Assembly (NCBI GenBank): GCA_007131435.1
Contig: SLQM01000210.1
Coordinates: forward strand, 1-34,169
Origin: Syntrophomonadaceae bacterium
GTDB taxonomy: Bacteria; Bacillota; Dethiobacteria; DTU022
Direction of reading: 5' to 3'
Length of the DNA stretch: 34,169 nucleotides
The translations under genes and the position numbers were made by a program. Positions 1 to 9,430 of the stretch are shown piece after piece; position 1 is the first letter of the stretch, and each line of letters opens with the position of its first letter. The notes below the pieces were generated by a model. The model did not search any database. It was not told where the DNA came from and was given only the letters and a program-made list of their open reading frames with translations.

Positions 1-1
1 C

Positions 2-529
2 CTACGTGAAAATATGCCTCCAGGCAGCAGGGTGGTTATTGATCAATTTATAGATTATACAAGGTCAAGGGCACTAACTTATTACGAAGGTGAAAATGGA
101 TTCGTAGTCCATACAGACTTTACCAATCCATATTGTCCGCAGGTAAGAAGAGAAATATTGCAAGCCGGCAGTATCCTCGGCCAGGATTTAGTAGATGGCG
201 GGTGCTATGTTTGTTGCGAGGGACCTCGTTTTGAAACCCCTGCGGAAGTAAAGATGATTTCCACCTGGGGAGGCGATCTTGTTGGCATGACAAACGTTCC
301 TGAAGTAGTTCTCGCACGTGAAGCAGGTCTTTGCTATGCAACTATTGCCTTGCCTACCAATTATGCGGCAGGGATATCTGTTACCCCCCTCACTCATGAA
401 GAAGTGCTGGAAGAGATGGATAAAACAAAGCCTGAACTTGATCGGCTGCTTGCCGGGTGTATAGAAGCGGTAACGGCAGAAAAAACATGCAGCTGCCGTG
501 AATCAGGAAAACACTGGCCTGGAGTATAA
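2..529 (+). CDS. mtnP: 5'-methylthioadenosine (or methylthioinosine) phosphorylase, C-terminal part; the 5' end lies outside the window
   Basis: The frame is open back to base 2, so the gene is cut by the window edge. The translation carries PNP/MTAP-family blocks (CYVCCEGPRFETPAE, WGGDLVGMTNVPEVVLAREAGLCYATIALPTNY). mtnA follows 4 nt downstream. Confidence 0.85.
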   Translation, partial: LRENMPPGSRVVIDQFIDYTRSRALTYYEGENGFVVHTDFTNPYCPQVRREILQAGSILGQDLVDGGCYVCCEGPRFETPAEVKMISTWGGDLVGMTNVPEVVLAREAGLCYATIALPTNYAAGISVTPLTHEEVLEEMDKTKPELDRLLAGCIEAVTAEKTCSCRESGKHWPGV

Positions 530-533
530 ATTT

Positions 534-1580
534 ATGGATAATAAAATTAAGACTTTATACTGGGATAAAGAGACATTATACTTACTTGATCAAAGATTTC
601 TGCCCAACCGGGTAGAATATCGTAGTTGCCGTAATTACCTGGAGATCATATCTGCGATAAAAGAGATGTCTGTACGGGGCGCGCCGGCAATTGGTATAAG
701 CGCTGCTTACGGAATGGCGGTTGCAGCACGTGAAGCCCTTCAGAAGGATTTTAATACGGTTCAAATGCTCTCGTACTTAGAGCAAGCTGCCTCTGAACTG
801 ATTAAGGCACGCCCAACTGCGGTCAACCTTTTCTGGGCTGTAAAAAGAATTGAAATTATTTTGCAGGATCACCTGGAATCTAAACCGGAGGAAATCTATA
901 GTATAATTCTCAAAGAGGCACAGCAAATCCACAAAGAGGATATAGAAAATAACAGGTTAATCGGCATGCATGGTAATAAGTTGATTCCGGAAAAGGCTTC
1001 AATACTTACACACTGCAATGCCGGGGCTTTAGCTACAGGAGGTTATGGTACAGCCCTTGGCGTTATACGTACAGCATTTGAAAATGGCAAAAATATTCAT
1101 GTATATGTAGATGAAACAAGACCGCTACTGCAGGGTGCCAGAATTACAGCGTTTGAATTATGCCAGGAAAAGATTCCTGCTACATTAATAACGGATAACA
1201 GTGCAGCTTTCTTAATGTCAAGGGGCGGTGTAGATCTGATCATTGTAGGCGCAGACAGGATAGCAGCAAACGGCGATGTGGCAAATAAAATAGGAACATA
1301 TAATCTTGCTATTCTTGCAACTTACCATGATTTGCCTTTTTATGTCGCTGCCCCAATTTCTACTATAGACCCTGAAATCGGTTCTGGCAGTGATATAATA
1401 ATTGAAGAGCGCTCCGGCAGTGAAATTACCGGAATTGGTGAAAACCTTATAGCACCAAAGGATATCGAAGTTACAAATTATGCCTTTGATATAACACCTG
1501 CAAGCTTAATCACTGCTATTATCACTGAAAAAGGAATAATTTCAAAACCCGGATACAGGGAGTTAAAAAAACTTTTATAA
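534..1580 (+). CDS. mtnA: S-methyl-5-thioribose-1-phosphate isomerase
   Basis: eIF-2B alpha/beta/delta-like MtnA blocks are present (LYLLDQRFLP, VRGAPAIGI, THCNAGALAT, VGADRIAANGDVANKIGTY). I chose the ATG at 534, just after the mtnP stop at 529. The ORF-track start at 498 would overlap mtnP by 32 nt. Confidence 0.9.
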   Translation: MDNKIKTLYWDKETLYLLDQRFLPNRVEYRSCRNYLEIISAIKEMSVRGAPAIGISAAYGMAVAAREALQKDFNTVQMLSYLEQAASELIKARPTAVNLFWAVKRIEIILQDHLESKPEEIYSIILKEAQQIHKEDIENNRLIGMHGNKLIPEKASILTHCNAGALATGGYGTALGVIRTAFENGKNIHVYVDETRPLLQGARITAFELCQEKIPATLITDNSAAFLMSRGGVDLIIVGADRIAANGDVANKIGTYNLAILATYHDLPFYVAAPISTIDPEIGSGSDIIIEERSGSEITGIGENLIAPKDIEVTNYAFDITPASLITAIITEKGIISKPGYRELKKLL

Positions 1581-1624
1581 AACAGCTGTATAATTTGCTA
1601 AGAATCTACTAGGAGGATGTTTAC

Positions 1625-2932
1625 TTGAGTAAAATACTGATTAAAGGAGCTATAATAGTAACCCTTGATGAGAGCAAACCTGACAGCTTTATTGGTGATA
1701 TCTTAATAAGCGGTTCGGTGATTGAATCAATTGCCGGGTATCCAGAAATTATTGATCCTTTATCTGCTGGAAAGATTATTGACGGAAGTAACTATTTAGT
1801 TATGCCCGGATTGGTCAATATACATGGCCATGCTGCTATGACCCTGCTCCGAAGCTATGCAGATGATTTGCCTTTAAAAGAATGGCTTGAAGAAAAGATA
1901 TGGCCCATTGAAGAACTTATGACGGGCGAGGACGTTTATTGGGGTACTAAGCTGGCTATTGCAGAAATGATAAAAAGCGGTACGACTACTTTCACTGATA
2001 TGTACATGGAGATGGATCGTGTTGCAGAAGCAGCAGACGACAGCGGTATCCGGGCAGTGCTATCAAGGGGTTTAATAGGCATTAGTGGTGGCGATGAGGG
2101 TCTTCTCGAGTCTGAAGAATTTATAAAAAACTGGCAGGGCGCAGCAAATGGCAAAATCTCAGTAACCCTTGGCCCCCATGCGCCATATACCTGTCCGCCT
2201 GAATATTTAAAGAAAGTGATCTCTTTAGCCGAAAAAACCGGAACATCTCTTCAAATCCACCTCTCTGAGACTAAGGGTGAAGTAGAAAGCTGCATAGATG
2301 AGTATGGTAAAACCCCACCTGCGCTTTTAGAAGATCTTGGTCTATTTAAAATAAGTACGCTTGCTGCACACTGTGTTCATCTTACTGAAAAAGATATCGA
2401 TATACTTGCAGAGTATAATGTAGGTGTTGCCCATAATCCCGGCAGTAATCTAAAACTTGGAAGCGGTATCGCCCCTGTTTCCCGGATGCTGGATAAAGGT
2501 ATCAATGTAGGTATTGGAACTGATGGAGCTTCCAGCAATAACAACCTCGATATGGTTGAAGAGCTGCGCCTTGCGGCTTTGCTGGGTAAAGGTATTGAAA
2601 TGAACCCGACTTTAATTGATGCAAAGACTGCCATAAAAATGGCTACAGTAACGGGCGCGAAAGCGCTTGGATTAAAGATGATTGGCGAGCTGAAGGAAGG
2701 ATATAAGGCTGATTTAATTGCCATGCAGATTGATAAGCCGCATTTTGTACCCATGCATGATCCCCTGGCAAATGTTGTATATTCATCAGCTGCTGCCGAT
2801 GTGGATCTTGTGATGGTAGATGGTAATATACTGCTTGAAGAAGGAAAGCTAACGACTATTGATGAAAAAGCCGTTATCAGCAAGGCTTCAGAGTGTACAG
2901 CTCGTTTGATCCAGAATAGAAAGGATATTTAA
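1625..2932 (+). CDS. mtaD: 5-methylthioadenosine/S-adenosylhomocysteine deaminase (amidohydrolase superfamily)
   Basis: Metal-dependent amidohydrolase motifs are present (NIHGHAAMTLLR, HLSET, AHCVH, GTDGASSNN). The start is TTG at 1625, 8 nt after AGGAGG (1611-1616). The gene sits next to mtnP and mtnA. Confidence 0.85.
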   Translation: MSKILIKGAIIVTLDESKPDSFIGDILISGSVIESIAGYPEIIDPLSAGKIIDGSNYLVMPGLVNIHGHAAMTLLRSYADDLPLKEWLEEKIWPIEELMTGEDVYWGTKLAIAEMIKSGTTTFTDMYMEMDRVAEAADDSGIRAVLSRGLIGISGGDEGLLESEEFIKNWQGAANGKISVTLGPHAPYTCPPEYLKKVISLAEKTGTSLQIHLSETKGEVESCIDEYGKTPPALLEDLGLFKISTLAAHCVHLTEKDIDILAEYNVGVAHNPGSNLKLGSGIAPVSRMLDKGINVGIGTDGASSNNNLDMVEELRLAALLGKGIEMNPTLIDAKTAIKMATVTGAKALGLKMIGELKEGYKADLIAMQIDKPHFVPMHDPLANVVYSSAAADVDLVMVDGNILLEEGKLTTIDEKAVISKASECTARLIQNRKDI

Positions 2933-2940
2933 AGGCACAA

Positions 2941-3744
2941 ATGAATAAACCGCATATCTTAATAACCAATGATGATGGAATTTATGCTGAGGGGATACAG
3001 AGTTTAACCAGGGTCCTGCATGAACAGTATGGGAAAAATTACAAAATATCAGTTATAGCACCAGACCGGGAAAGAAGTGCTGTAGGTCATGGAATTACAA
3101 TGCACAAACCTTTGAGGGTCGAAGAAATAGATTTTATTAATATACCTGGACTTTGCGGTTTGGCCGTAAATGGAACTCCTTCTGACTGTGTTAAGCTTGC
3201 CGTTGAGGCAATACTGGATAATAAACCTGACCTTGTAATATCAGGAATAAACCGCGGCAGTAACCTTGGTACTGATGTGCTCTATTCCGGTACAGTATCT
3301 GCCGCTGTTGAAGGCTTGTTAATGGATATCAATTCAATTGCCATATCTCTTACCGGGCGAGGTGACAGCAATAATTTTCTATATGCGGCTCGCTTTATTT
3401 CAGATTTTATACCAGAATTTATGGCCGTCAAGCAAAAACAACCCCTGCTTGTTAATATTAATGTTCCCAGGAATACGGATCGCATTAAAGGTGTTAAGGT
3501 AACAAGCCTGGGTGTGAGGCGCTATAAAAATGCTTTTGAACAGAGGGTCGATCCAAGGGGAATGCACTATTACTGGTTGGCTGGCGACCTGGTTGATGAT
3601 GATGAAATAGAAAATGCAGCGGATACTGACACAAGGGCAATTAAGGAAGGCTATATATCAATTACACCGGTACATTTCCAGCTTACGAACAGGGATGCAA
3701 TTCCAGGCCTGAAAGAAATTATCGAACTTATGAAATCAAGTTAG
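2941..3744 (+). CDS. surE: 5'/3'-nucleotidase SurE
   Basis: The N-terminal ILITNDDGIYAEGI and the GINRGSNLGTDVLYSGTVSAA block are typical of SurE. The length (267 aa) fits. Confidence 0.92.
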   Translation: MNKPHILITNDDGIYAEGIQSLTRVLHEQYGKNYKISVIAPDRERSAVGHGITMHKPLRVEEIDFINIPGLCGLAVNGTPSDCVKLAVEAILDNKPDLVISGINRGSNLGTDVLYSGTVSAAVEGLLMDINSIAISLTGRGDSNNFLYAARFISDFIPEFMAVKQKQPLLVNINVPRNTDRIKGVKVTSLGVRRYKNAFEQRVDPRGMHYYWLAGDLVDDDEIENAADTDTRAIKEGYISITPVHFQLTNRDAIPGLKEIIELMKSS

Positions 3745-3778
3745 CTGGCAGAAAACTGCCTTGAATCTGGAGGTTGCA

Positions 3779-5209
3779 GTGAATAAACTCGAGTTAAAAA
3801 GCAAGAACTGTTATTTCATGACACGCTGGGGTAATATGAATGCTGATATTGTTATTTTCCTAAACCAGCAGCTTTTTGAAGATCATTTTGAACAGCAGTC
3901 ACTGCAACAGCTGATTGATGCTGCCTCATTAAAAGGCGTAATAAACCCGGTTATTGGCATGCCGGACATCCACTCCGGTTTTGGTCTTCCAATCGGCGGG
4001 GTAATGGCAATGGACACTGAAAATGGATTAGTTTCAGCAGGTGCAGTTGGCATGGACATCAATTGCGGGGTTCGTCTGCTTAAAACTAATATCCCGGCAT
4101 CAGAGATAGACGGAAAGACTATACAAAAATTAATTTCTGCCATAGTGAAAAAGGTTCCCGGCGGAGTGGGGCAGAAAAGCAGGCATGCCGGCCTCATAAA
4201 ACAACATTTTACTGAGCTAGTTGAAAAAGGAGTGCCATACCTGGTTGAATTAGGCTATGGGCGCCCTGAAGACCCTCTGACTACCGAAGATGGTGGATGC
4301 ATGCCCGGAGCAGATTTGCGAAATGTTAGTGATAAAGCAAAAGATCGAGGCCTCCAGCTGTCAACGATCGGCGGAGGAAATCATTTTATTGAAATCGGTG
4401 TGATTGAAAGGATATATGATCGTACTACTGCGGACTTTTACAACCTAAGTGAAGGATATTTAACGGTTATGATCCACACCGGCAGCAGGGGCTTCGGCCA
4501 CCAAATCTGCACCGATTTTTCAAAAAGCATGAAAAAAGATGCAAAAAAGTACAACTTGTATATACCAAATTCTGGGCTTGCTTCAGTGCCGATTAATTCT
4601 AAAGAAGGTCGCGATTATTTAGGCGCTATGTCTTGCGCTGTTAATTTTGCTTATTGCAACCGCCAATGGATAACCGATGATTTGCGCAAAGCTTTTTCAG
4701 AAGTTCTTGGTGGCCACGATGCAGATTACGATCTCGGCCTGGTATATGACATTACTCATAACACGGCGCGGTTCGAAACAATTAAAGGTAAAAAAATACT
4801 TGTCCACCGAAAAGGTGCAACTCGAGCGCTTCCTGCAGGACACCCTGATAATCCTCCTGCATACATGGAAGTTGGCCACCCCGTTTTGATACCGGGAAGT
4901 ATGGGAAGCGCTTCTTATGTTGTTAAAGCTGAAAGTTCACTTGAGAATGTATTTAACTCTGTTAACCACGGGGCGGGAAGGGTTTTGTCAAGGACTGCTG
5001 CAAAGAAAACTATAGCTGTTGAAGATTTAAAAAGTAAGATGGGAAAAATTATTATATCAGGAACCAGTTATAAAGCATTTCTTGATGAAGCTCCCCAGGC
5101 CTATAAAAATATCGACCTTGTTGTAGATACTCTTGCAGACATTAATATGATTCGAAAAGTGGTCAGCCTGTTTCCTTTGGCTGTTATTAAAGGCGAAGAT
5201 AAAAACTAA
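3779..5209 (+). CDS. rtcB: RNA 3'-phosphate/2',3'-cyclic-phosphate ligase RtcB
   Basis: RtcB metal and GMP-His motifs are present (GMPDIHSGFGLPIGGV, DINCGVR, GGGNHFIE, HTGSRGFGHQ, HRKGAT, NHGAGR). I chose the GTG at 3779, 5 nt after GGAGG (3769-3773). The ORF-track TTG at 3761 is in the same frame and cannot be excluded. Confidence 0.88.
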   Translation: MNKLELKSKNCYFMTRWGNMNADIVIFLNQQLFEDHFEQQSLQQLIDAASLKGVINPVIGMPDIHSGFGLPIGGVMAMDTENGLVSAGAVGMDINCGVRLLKTNIPASEIDGKTIQKLISAIVKKVPGGVGQKSRHAGLIKQHFTELVEKGVPYLVELGYGRPEDPLTTEDGGCMPGADLRNVSDKAKDRGLQLSTIGGGNHFIEIGVIERIYDRTTADFYNLSEGYLTVMIHTGSRGFGHQICTDFSKSMKKDAKKYNLYIPNSGLASVPINSKEGRDYLGAMSCAVNFAYCNRQWITDDLRKAFSEVLGGHDADYDLGLVYDITHNTARFETIKGKKILVHRKGATRALPAGHPDNPPAYMEVGHPVLIPGSMGSASYVVKAESSLENVFNSVNHGAGRVLSRTAAKKTIAVEDLKSKMGKIIISGTSYKAFLDEAPQAYKNIDLVVDTLADINMIRKVVSLFPLAVIKGEDKN

Positions 5210-5272
5210 GTGGCAGGCGTAAAAGAGCCTAAATGATATAAAATTATTATTAGCCTAACGTTAGAATTTAGA

Positions 5273-6253
5273 ATGGAGGTTGGAACAATTTTATATTTAG
5301 ACAGGAAGGATATTATTAAAGCCGTTGAACCCGAAGAAGTAATGGATGTAATAGAGAACGCATATGCTATGGATCTTGAAGGGAATTATTATATGCCTCA
5401 CAGGATGCATGTTAACAAAGGCCCTAATACGCTCTTATATATGCCCTGCTTTACCGGTGATGTTTTCGGCACAAAAATCCTGTCGCTATTTCCTGGAAAT
5501 GCAAAACATGGTAAACCGGTAATTAGCGGGGTTGTTATATTAAATGATGCTGAAACGGGAACTCCCCAGGCTATTTTAGACGGCGCAGTTATAACAGGGC
5601 TGAGGACCGGTGCTGTTGGCGGAGTAGCAGTGCGCCATACTGCTCCAGATTATCTAGAATCTTTAGGATTAATTGGTTCAGGCGCCCAGGGTTTTTTCCA
5701 GGTCTATTTTGCCTGCAAGGCCCGTCCAACAATTAAAGAAGTTTTCTTATATGATCTTTCAACTAGCAAAATAAAGCTTCTGCAGGGTAAACTGAAGCAG
5801 GAATTCCCTGGTATCGCTTTTAAGTCAACAACTTCAAGCACTGAGTTGCTTTCTAAGACAAGCTTGATAATTACCGCTACTCCCTCCAATGAACCAGTTT
5901 TGCCTGACGATCCAAAACTTCTTCAAAACAAGCATTATATCGGGATAGGATCTTATAAACCCGATATGAGGGAGTATCCAAGGGCAATTTACAACCTGGT
6001 GAAAAATGTTTTTATCGATACTGAACATGGTTTTGAAGAATCCGGTGATATGATAATACCGTTAAGAGATAACTGGGTTGAGCAAGATTTCTTTGTAAAA
6101 ATGGGCGAGTTAATCAAAAATAAAGAACGATATGAAACAAAAAGGGGGACCACATTTTTTAAATCTGTCGGCATGGCTCTTTTCGATATCACAGTATCAG
6201 AGTATATTTACGAACAGGCTTTGATAAAAGGACTGGGCACAAAAATAAAATAA
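5273..6253 (+). CDS. Ornithine cyclodeaminase/mu-crystallin family NAD(P) oxidoreductase; could be a true ornithine cyclodeaminase or a Delta1-pyrroline-2-carboxylate reductase
   Basis: OCD/mu-crystallin hallmarks are present (ILYLDRKDI N-terminus, ITGLRTGAVGG, Rossmann GLIGSGAQG, KSVGMALFD). No Shine-Dalgarno (SD) sequence precedes the ATG at 5273. A TAGAAT -10-like hexamer lies at 5262-5267, so the mRNA may be leaderless, or the internal GGAGG (5276-5280) may serve a nearby non-ATG start. Confidence 0.8.
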   Translation: MEVGTILYLDRKDIIKAVEPEEVMDVIENAYAMDLEGNYYMPHRMHVNKGPNTLLYMPCFTGDVFGTKILSLFPGNAKHGKPVISGVVILNDAETGTPQAILDGAVITGLRTGAVGGVAVRHTAPDYLESLGLIGSGAQGFFQVYFACKARPTIKEVFLYDLSTSKIKLLQGKLKQEFPGIAFKSTTSSTELLSKTSLIITATPSNEPVLPDDPKLLQNKHYIGIGSYKPDMREYPRAIYNLVKNVFIDTEHGFEESGDMIIPLRDNWVEQDFFVKMGELIKNKERYETKRGTTFFKSVGMALFDITVSEYIYEQALIKGLGTKIK

Positions 6254-6272
6254 GGATGGGGAGTACCTGGAT

Positions 6273-7859
6273 ATGATAATAAGTCAACCTCCAAGTATTT
6301 TTAATGATGTAATGGGACCGGTTATGCGCGGGCCTTCAAGCTCACATACTGCCGCTTCAGTCAGGATAGGGAACCTTACCAAGCAATTTTTTAAATACGA
6401 CCTGGCTTCATTTAGCGTTGAATTTGAAAGCCAGGGTTCGCTGGCAACCACCTATAAAACCCAGGGATCTGATTTTGGTTTGATCGGCGGGCTTCTGTGG
6501 ATGGAGCTTGATGATGATCGGCTCTTAGAATCAGCAAAGATAGCAAACGAAAATAACATTGCGGTAAATTTTTCCGTGACCCGTTTTGATGCAGAACATC
6601 CCAATACTTACCGAGTAACTGCGATAGATCGGATCGGTAATAAATACTGTCTGATATTTATTTCCACAGGAGGCGGGATGTTTGAGCTAAAAGAAATTAA
6701 CGGAGCTCCTGTTTCAATTAAAGGTGACTTTTTCGAAACATTAATATTTATCGATGCATCAAATAAAGATGTACTAAATAAGCACATGGAACGAATCAAC
6801 AAATTATTTCCCGATCCTGATTACTGCATCGTTGTTGACGGTGATAGATTTATTTTAATCAATATTAAAACGGAAAGTGAACTGCCATCTTTTGTACGCA
6901 AGGTGATCGAACTATTTGAAAAGGTAAGCGCTATCGTTCATTTAAGCCCGGTTCTTCCAGTTCGTTCCAGGAAGGAGCTAAAGATGCCCTTCAGCGATGA
7001 AAACGATCTTTTAATAGTGGCAAACGAAAAAGAATTGGATCTTTGGAAAATGGCTGTTCATTACGAAATGGAGCGTGGTGGTATGCTCCCTGATGAAGTG
7101 ATACAGATGGCTAAACATATTTTACAAGCAATGGACTGTTCGGTTAGAACTGGCCTGGAAGGCAAAGAATATAAAAATCGCATGCTTGAACCCCAGGCAG
7201 TTAAAATATTCGAGTACGAGGGTAAAATTATCGGAGGGCAGGTTATAAAAAAAATCATTACTTACACTGCAGCGGTTATGGATGCCAAAAGTTCAATGGA
7301 AGTAATTGTTGCAGCACCAACTGCAGGCGCATGCGGAGTTATACCTGGAACTTTAATTGCAGTTGCGGAAGAAGAAGGTTTGGAAGAAGATTCAGCCCTT
7401 AAAGGATTACTGGCTGCTTCTGTCATCGGAATTTTCATAGCTAATAAAAGTACTTTTGCCGCAGAAGAATGCGGATGCCAGGTTGAATGCGGTTCTGCTT
7501 CAGCTATGGCTGCAGCGGGTTTAGTCCAGATGTTTGGCGGTACAGTTCAACAATCCCTTACAGCTGCTGCTATTGCCATACAAAATATCATGGGCCTGGT
7601 ATGCGATCCAGTTGCTGAAAGGGTTGAAGTTCCCTGCCTGGGGAAAAATATTCTGGCAGCTGTTAATGCGCTTGCCTGTGCCAACATGTCACTTTCCGGA
7701 TTTAGCAATGTAATTCCGCTTGGAGAAACCATTGATGCCTTTGACAAGGTTGGCAGAATGCTGCCTGCTGAGCTGCGCTGTACTGGTGGCGCGGGCTTGT
7801 CGAAAACGCCTTCGGCCCAAGCCTGGTTTAGAAAACTTGAAAATCAGATAGAGGATTAA
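6273..7859 (+). CDS. Fe-S-dependent L-serine-dehydratase-family protein, fused beta+alpha domains (528 aa); substrate uncertain
   Basis: The N-terminal beta-type motif VMGPVMRGPSSSHTAASVRIG is present. The alpha-domain cluster-ligand blocks are also present (APTAGACGVIPG, ECGCQVECGSASAMAAAG, GLVCDPVAERVEVPCLGKN). A GGATGGGGAG RBS precedes the start. The gene begins 19 nt after the OCD-family gene and is probably co-transcribed with it. Confidence 0.8.
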   Translation: MIISQPPSIFNDVMGPVMRGPSSSHTAASVRIGNLTKQFFKYDLASFSVEFESQGSLATTYKTQGSDFGLIGGLLWMELDDDRLLESAKIANENNIAVNFSVTRFDAEHPNTYRVTAIDRIGNKYCLIFISTGGGMFELKEINGAPVSIKGDFFETLIFIDASNKDVLNKHMERINKLFPDPDYCIVVDGDRFILINIKTESELPSFVRKVIELFEKVSAIVHLSPVLPVRSRKELKMPFSDENDLLIVANEKELDLWKMAVHYEMERGGMLPDEVIQMAKHILQAMDCSVRTGLEGKEYKNRMLEPQAVKIFEYEGKIIGGQVIKKIITYTAAVMDAKSSMEVIVAAPTAGACGVIPGTLIAVAEEEGLEEDSALKGLLAASVIGIFIANKSTFAAEECGCQVECGSASAMAAAGLVQMFGGTVQQSLTAAAIAIQNIMGLVCDPVAERVEVPCLGKNILAAVNALACANMSLSGFSNVIPLGETIDAFDKVGRMLPAELRCTGGAGLSKTPSAQAWFRKLENQIED

Positions 7860-7880
7860 AAGGGATATGTTTGTGTCAGC

Positions 7881-7886
7881 TATAAT
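7881..7886 (+). promoter_or_regulatory. Possible -10 hexamer (TATAAT) for the ABC transporter operon, implying a leader of about 360 nt
   Basis: A perfect TATAAT is preceded by GTCAGC, which resembles the GTCAGTG-TATAAT context of the strong promoter at 22869-22897. No convincing -35 element is present. Confidence 0.25.
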
Positions 7887-8245
7887 CTTCAGGTATAAAG
7901 ATATTGCCGTGTGAAATTAATATATATTACTTAAAAAATATGATAATGATAATATAAATTTAATCGATTCTTAAAGAGGAATAATAGCTCCGATAGCGAA
8001 TAAATAAGGTCGTGCAATGTATGGACTATTGGATAAAATAATATTCATAGTCGCCAATTTGTGTAAGGAGGTGAAATATTTTATATAGTCTTTCAGGCTC
8101 TTCCAATATTTAAAGCTTAGATAGGAAGTTTCAAAGGAAAGTTTTAGTTTTCTTTTTTAATTGCAAGGCTCTGCTCTTAACCTAAACCAACCAGTAATAA
8201 ATTAATGGTAAGGAGCAAAATTATTTAGAGGAGGTCATTAGCAAA

Positions 8246-9385
8246 TTGTTGAACAGTAAAAAGCTTTTTATCCTGTTTTTAGTTACAGCTATGATGGCTT
8301 TTGGTACATTTGGTTGTGGCGATGATGGACCTGCAGATGATGCAGATGGTGAAGTATTAATTGGGATCATGGTGCCAACCACAGGTTCTGAAGCTGCAGA
8401 CGGCATTGATATGGAAAATGCTGCCAAACTGGCAGTAGAAGAAATCAATGCCCGCGGCGGAGTACTGGGTCATAGAATAGTTACCACCACCGGTGACGAT
8501 GGATGCGATCCTTCCATGGCCACAGCTGCGGCAAGCCAGCTTGTATCAGAAGAAGTTATTGCGCTAGTCGGCGGTTACTGCTCTGGCGCGACTTTGCCTA
8601 CACTGGCTATATACGGTGATGCAGGCATTCCATTTGTCGTGGCTGCGTCTAACGCTACTTCGCTAATCGATGAAAACCCCGGCTGGGCTTTCATGATCAA
8701 CAGTACCGGCCTGGACCAGGCAGCAAGTGCAGTTGACAAGTTTATCGCTCTTGGCGTTGAAACAATCGGAGTAATTGACTCGGGAGATGCTTATTCTGCC
8801 GACCTGAAAGCACAGACCATACTGCAGTGGGAAGCTGCAGGTTACGAAGTTGTTGCTGATGATACAGTCCAGCGTGGAGAAGTAGATTTTTCTGCATTTG
8901 TAACAACTATCATGGCTAACCAGCCCGATGCTATTTACTGGACCGGTTACCAGGCAGAAGGCGCCCTCTTAATCCGCCAGTTACGTGAAGGTGGATATGA
9001 GGGAGTTATCATGGTTGGCGACGGTTCAAGTGCCCAGGAGTTAATTGATCTGGCAGGACCGGCAGCCGAAGGAGTGCTATGCACCGGGCCTCCGCTGACA
9101 GATTTCCTTCCCGCAGCACAAAGCTTTATTGAAAATTACGAAGCATCATTCCCCAGGGAACCTGGTGCTTATGCTGCCCTGATGTATGATGCAACAATGC
9201 TGTTGGCTGATGCAATTGAAAGAGCAGGTTCATTTGACAGCGCAGAAATCAGGGATGCCCTTGAAGCAACTGACGGGTTTGAAGGCCTGGCAGGGCCGAT
9301 CATGTTTACCGAGCAAAATACACTGGCAAGAAGTAACTTTGTTATTTTGGAAGCCAGGGATGGTAGATGGGCCCTGGTTGAGTAA
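8246..9385 (+). CDS. ABC transporter substrate-binding lipoprotein, LivK/LivJ-like (type I periplasmic binding fold); ligand probably an amino or imino acid
   Basis: The start is TTG, downstream of AGAGGAGG (8227-8234). The signal peptide ends in Cys (LVTAMMAFGTFGCGDD), followed by an acidic linker. The body matches the Leu/Ile/Val-binding-protein family (IGIMVPTTGSEAADG, GGVLGHRI, DDGCDP, GGYCSGA). Confidence 0.85.
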   Translation: MLNSKKLFILFLVTAMMAFGTFGCGDDGPADDADGEVLIGIMVPTTGSEAADGIDMENAAKLAVEEINARGGVLGHRIVTTTGDDGCDPSMATAAASQLVSEEVIALVGGYCSGATLPTLAIYGDAGIPFVVAASNATSLIDENPGWAFMINSTGLDQAASAVDKFIALGVETIGVIDSGDAYSADLKAQTILQWEAAGYEVVADDTVQRGEVDFSAFVTTIMANQPDAIYWTGYQAEGALLIRQLREGGYEGVIMVGDGSSAQELIDLAGPAAEGVLCTGPPLTDFLPAAQSFIENYEASFPREPGAYAALMYDATMLLADAIERAGSFDSAEIRDALEATDGFEGLAGPIMFTEQNTLARSNFVILEARDGRWALVE

Positions 9386-9405
9386 GCCGCCTGAATAAAA
9401 AGCAA

Positions 9406-9430
9406 GCAGGCCCGGTTTAACCGGGCCTGC
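9406..9430 (+). promoter_or_regulatory. Intra-operon GC-rich stem-loop between the binding-protein and permease genes (mRNA stabiliser or partial terminator)
   Basis: GCAGGCCCGG (9406-9415) and CCGGGCCTGC (9421-9430) form a perfect 10-bp stem with a 5-nt loop. No U-tract follows. Confidence 0.6.

Noticed and set aside
8064-8110. A strong SD-like AAGGAGG in the leader upstream of the transporter, followed by a possible mini-ORF (ATT start, about 11 codons).
   Set aside because: No canonical start codon lies at a proper distance. GTG immediately abuts the SD sequence, and ATT starts are very rare. I cannot support a leader peptide from sequence alone.
8133-8162. An AU-rich hairpin (AAAGGAAA / TTTTCTTT) followed by a T-run in the transporter leader, which could be an attenuator.
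   Set aside because: The stem is almost entirely A-U with one G.U pair. The predicted stability is too low to call a terminator without experimental or comparative support.
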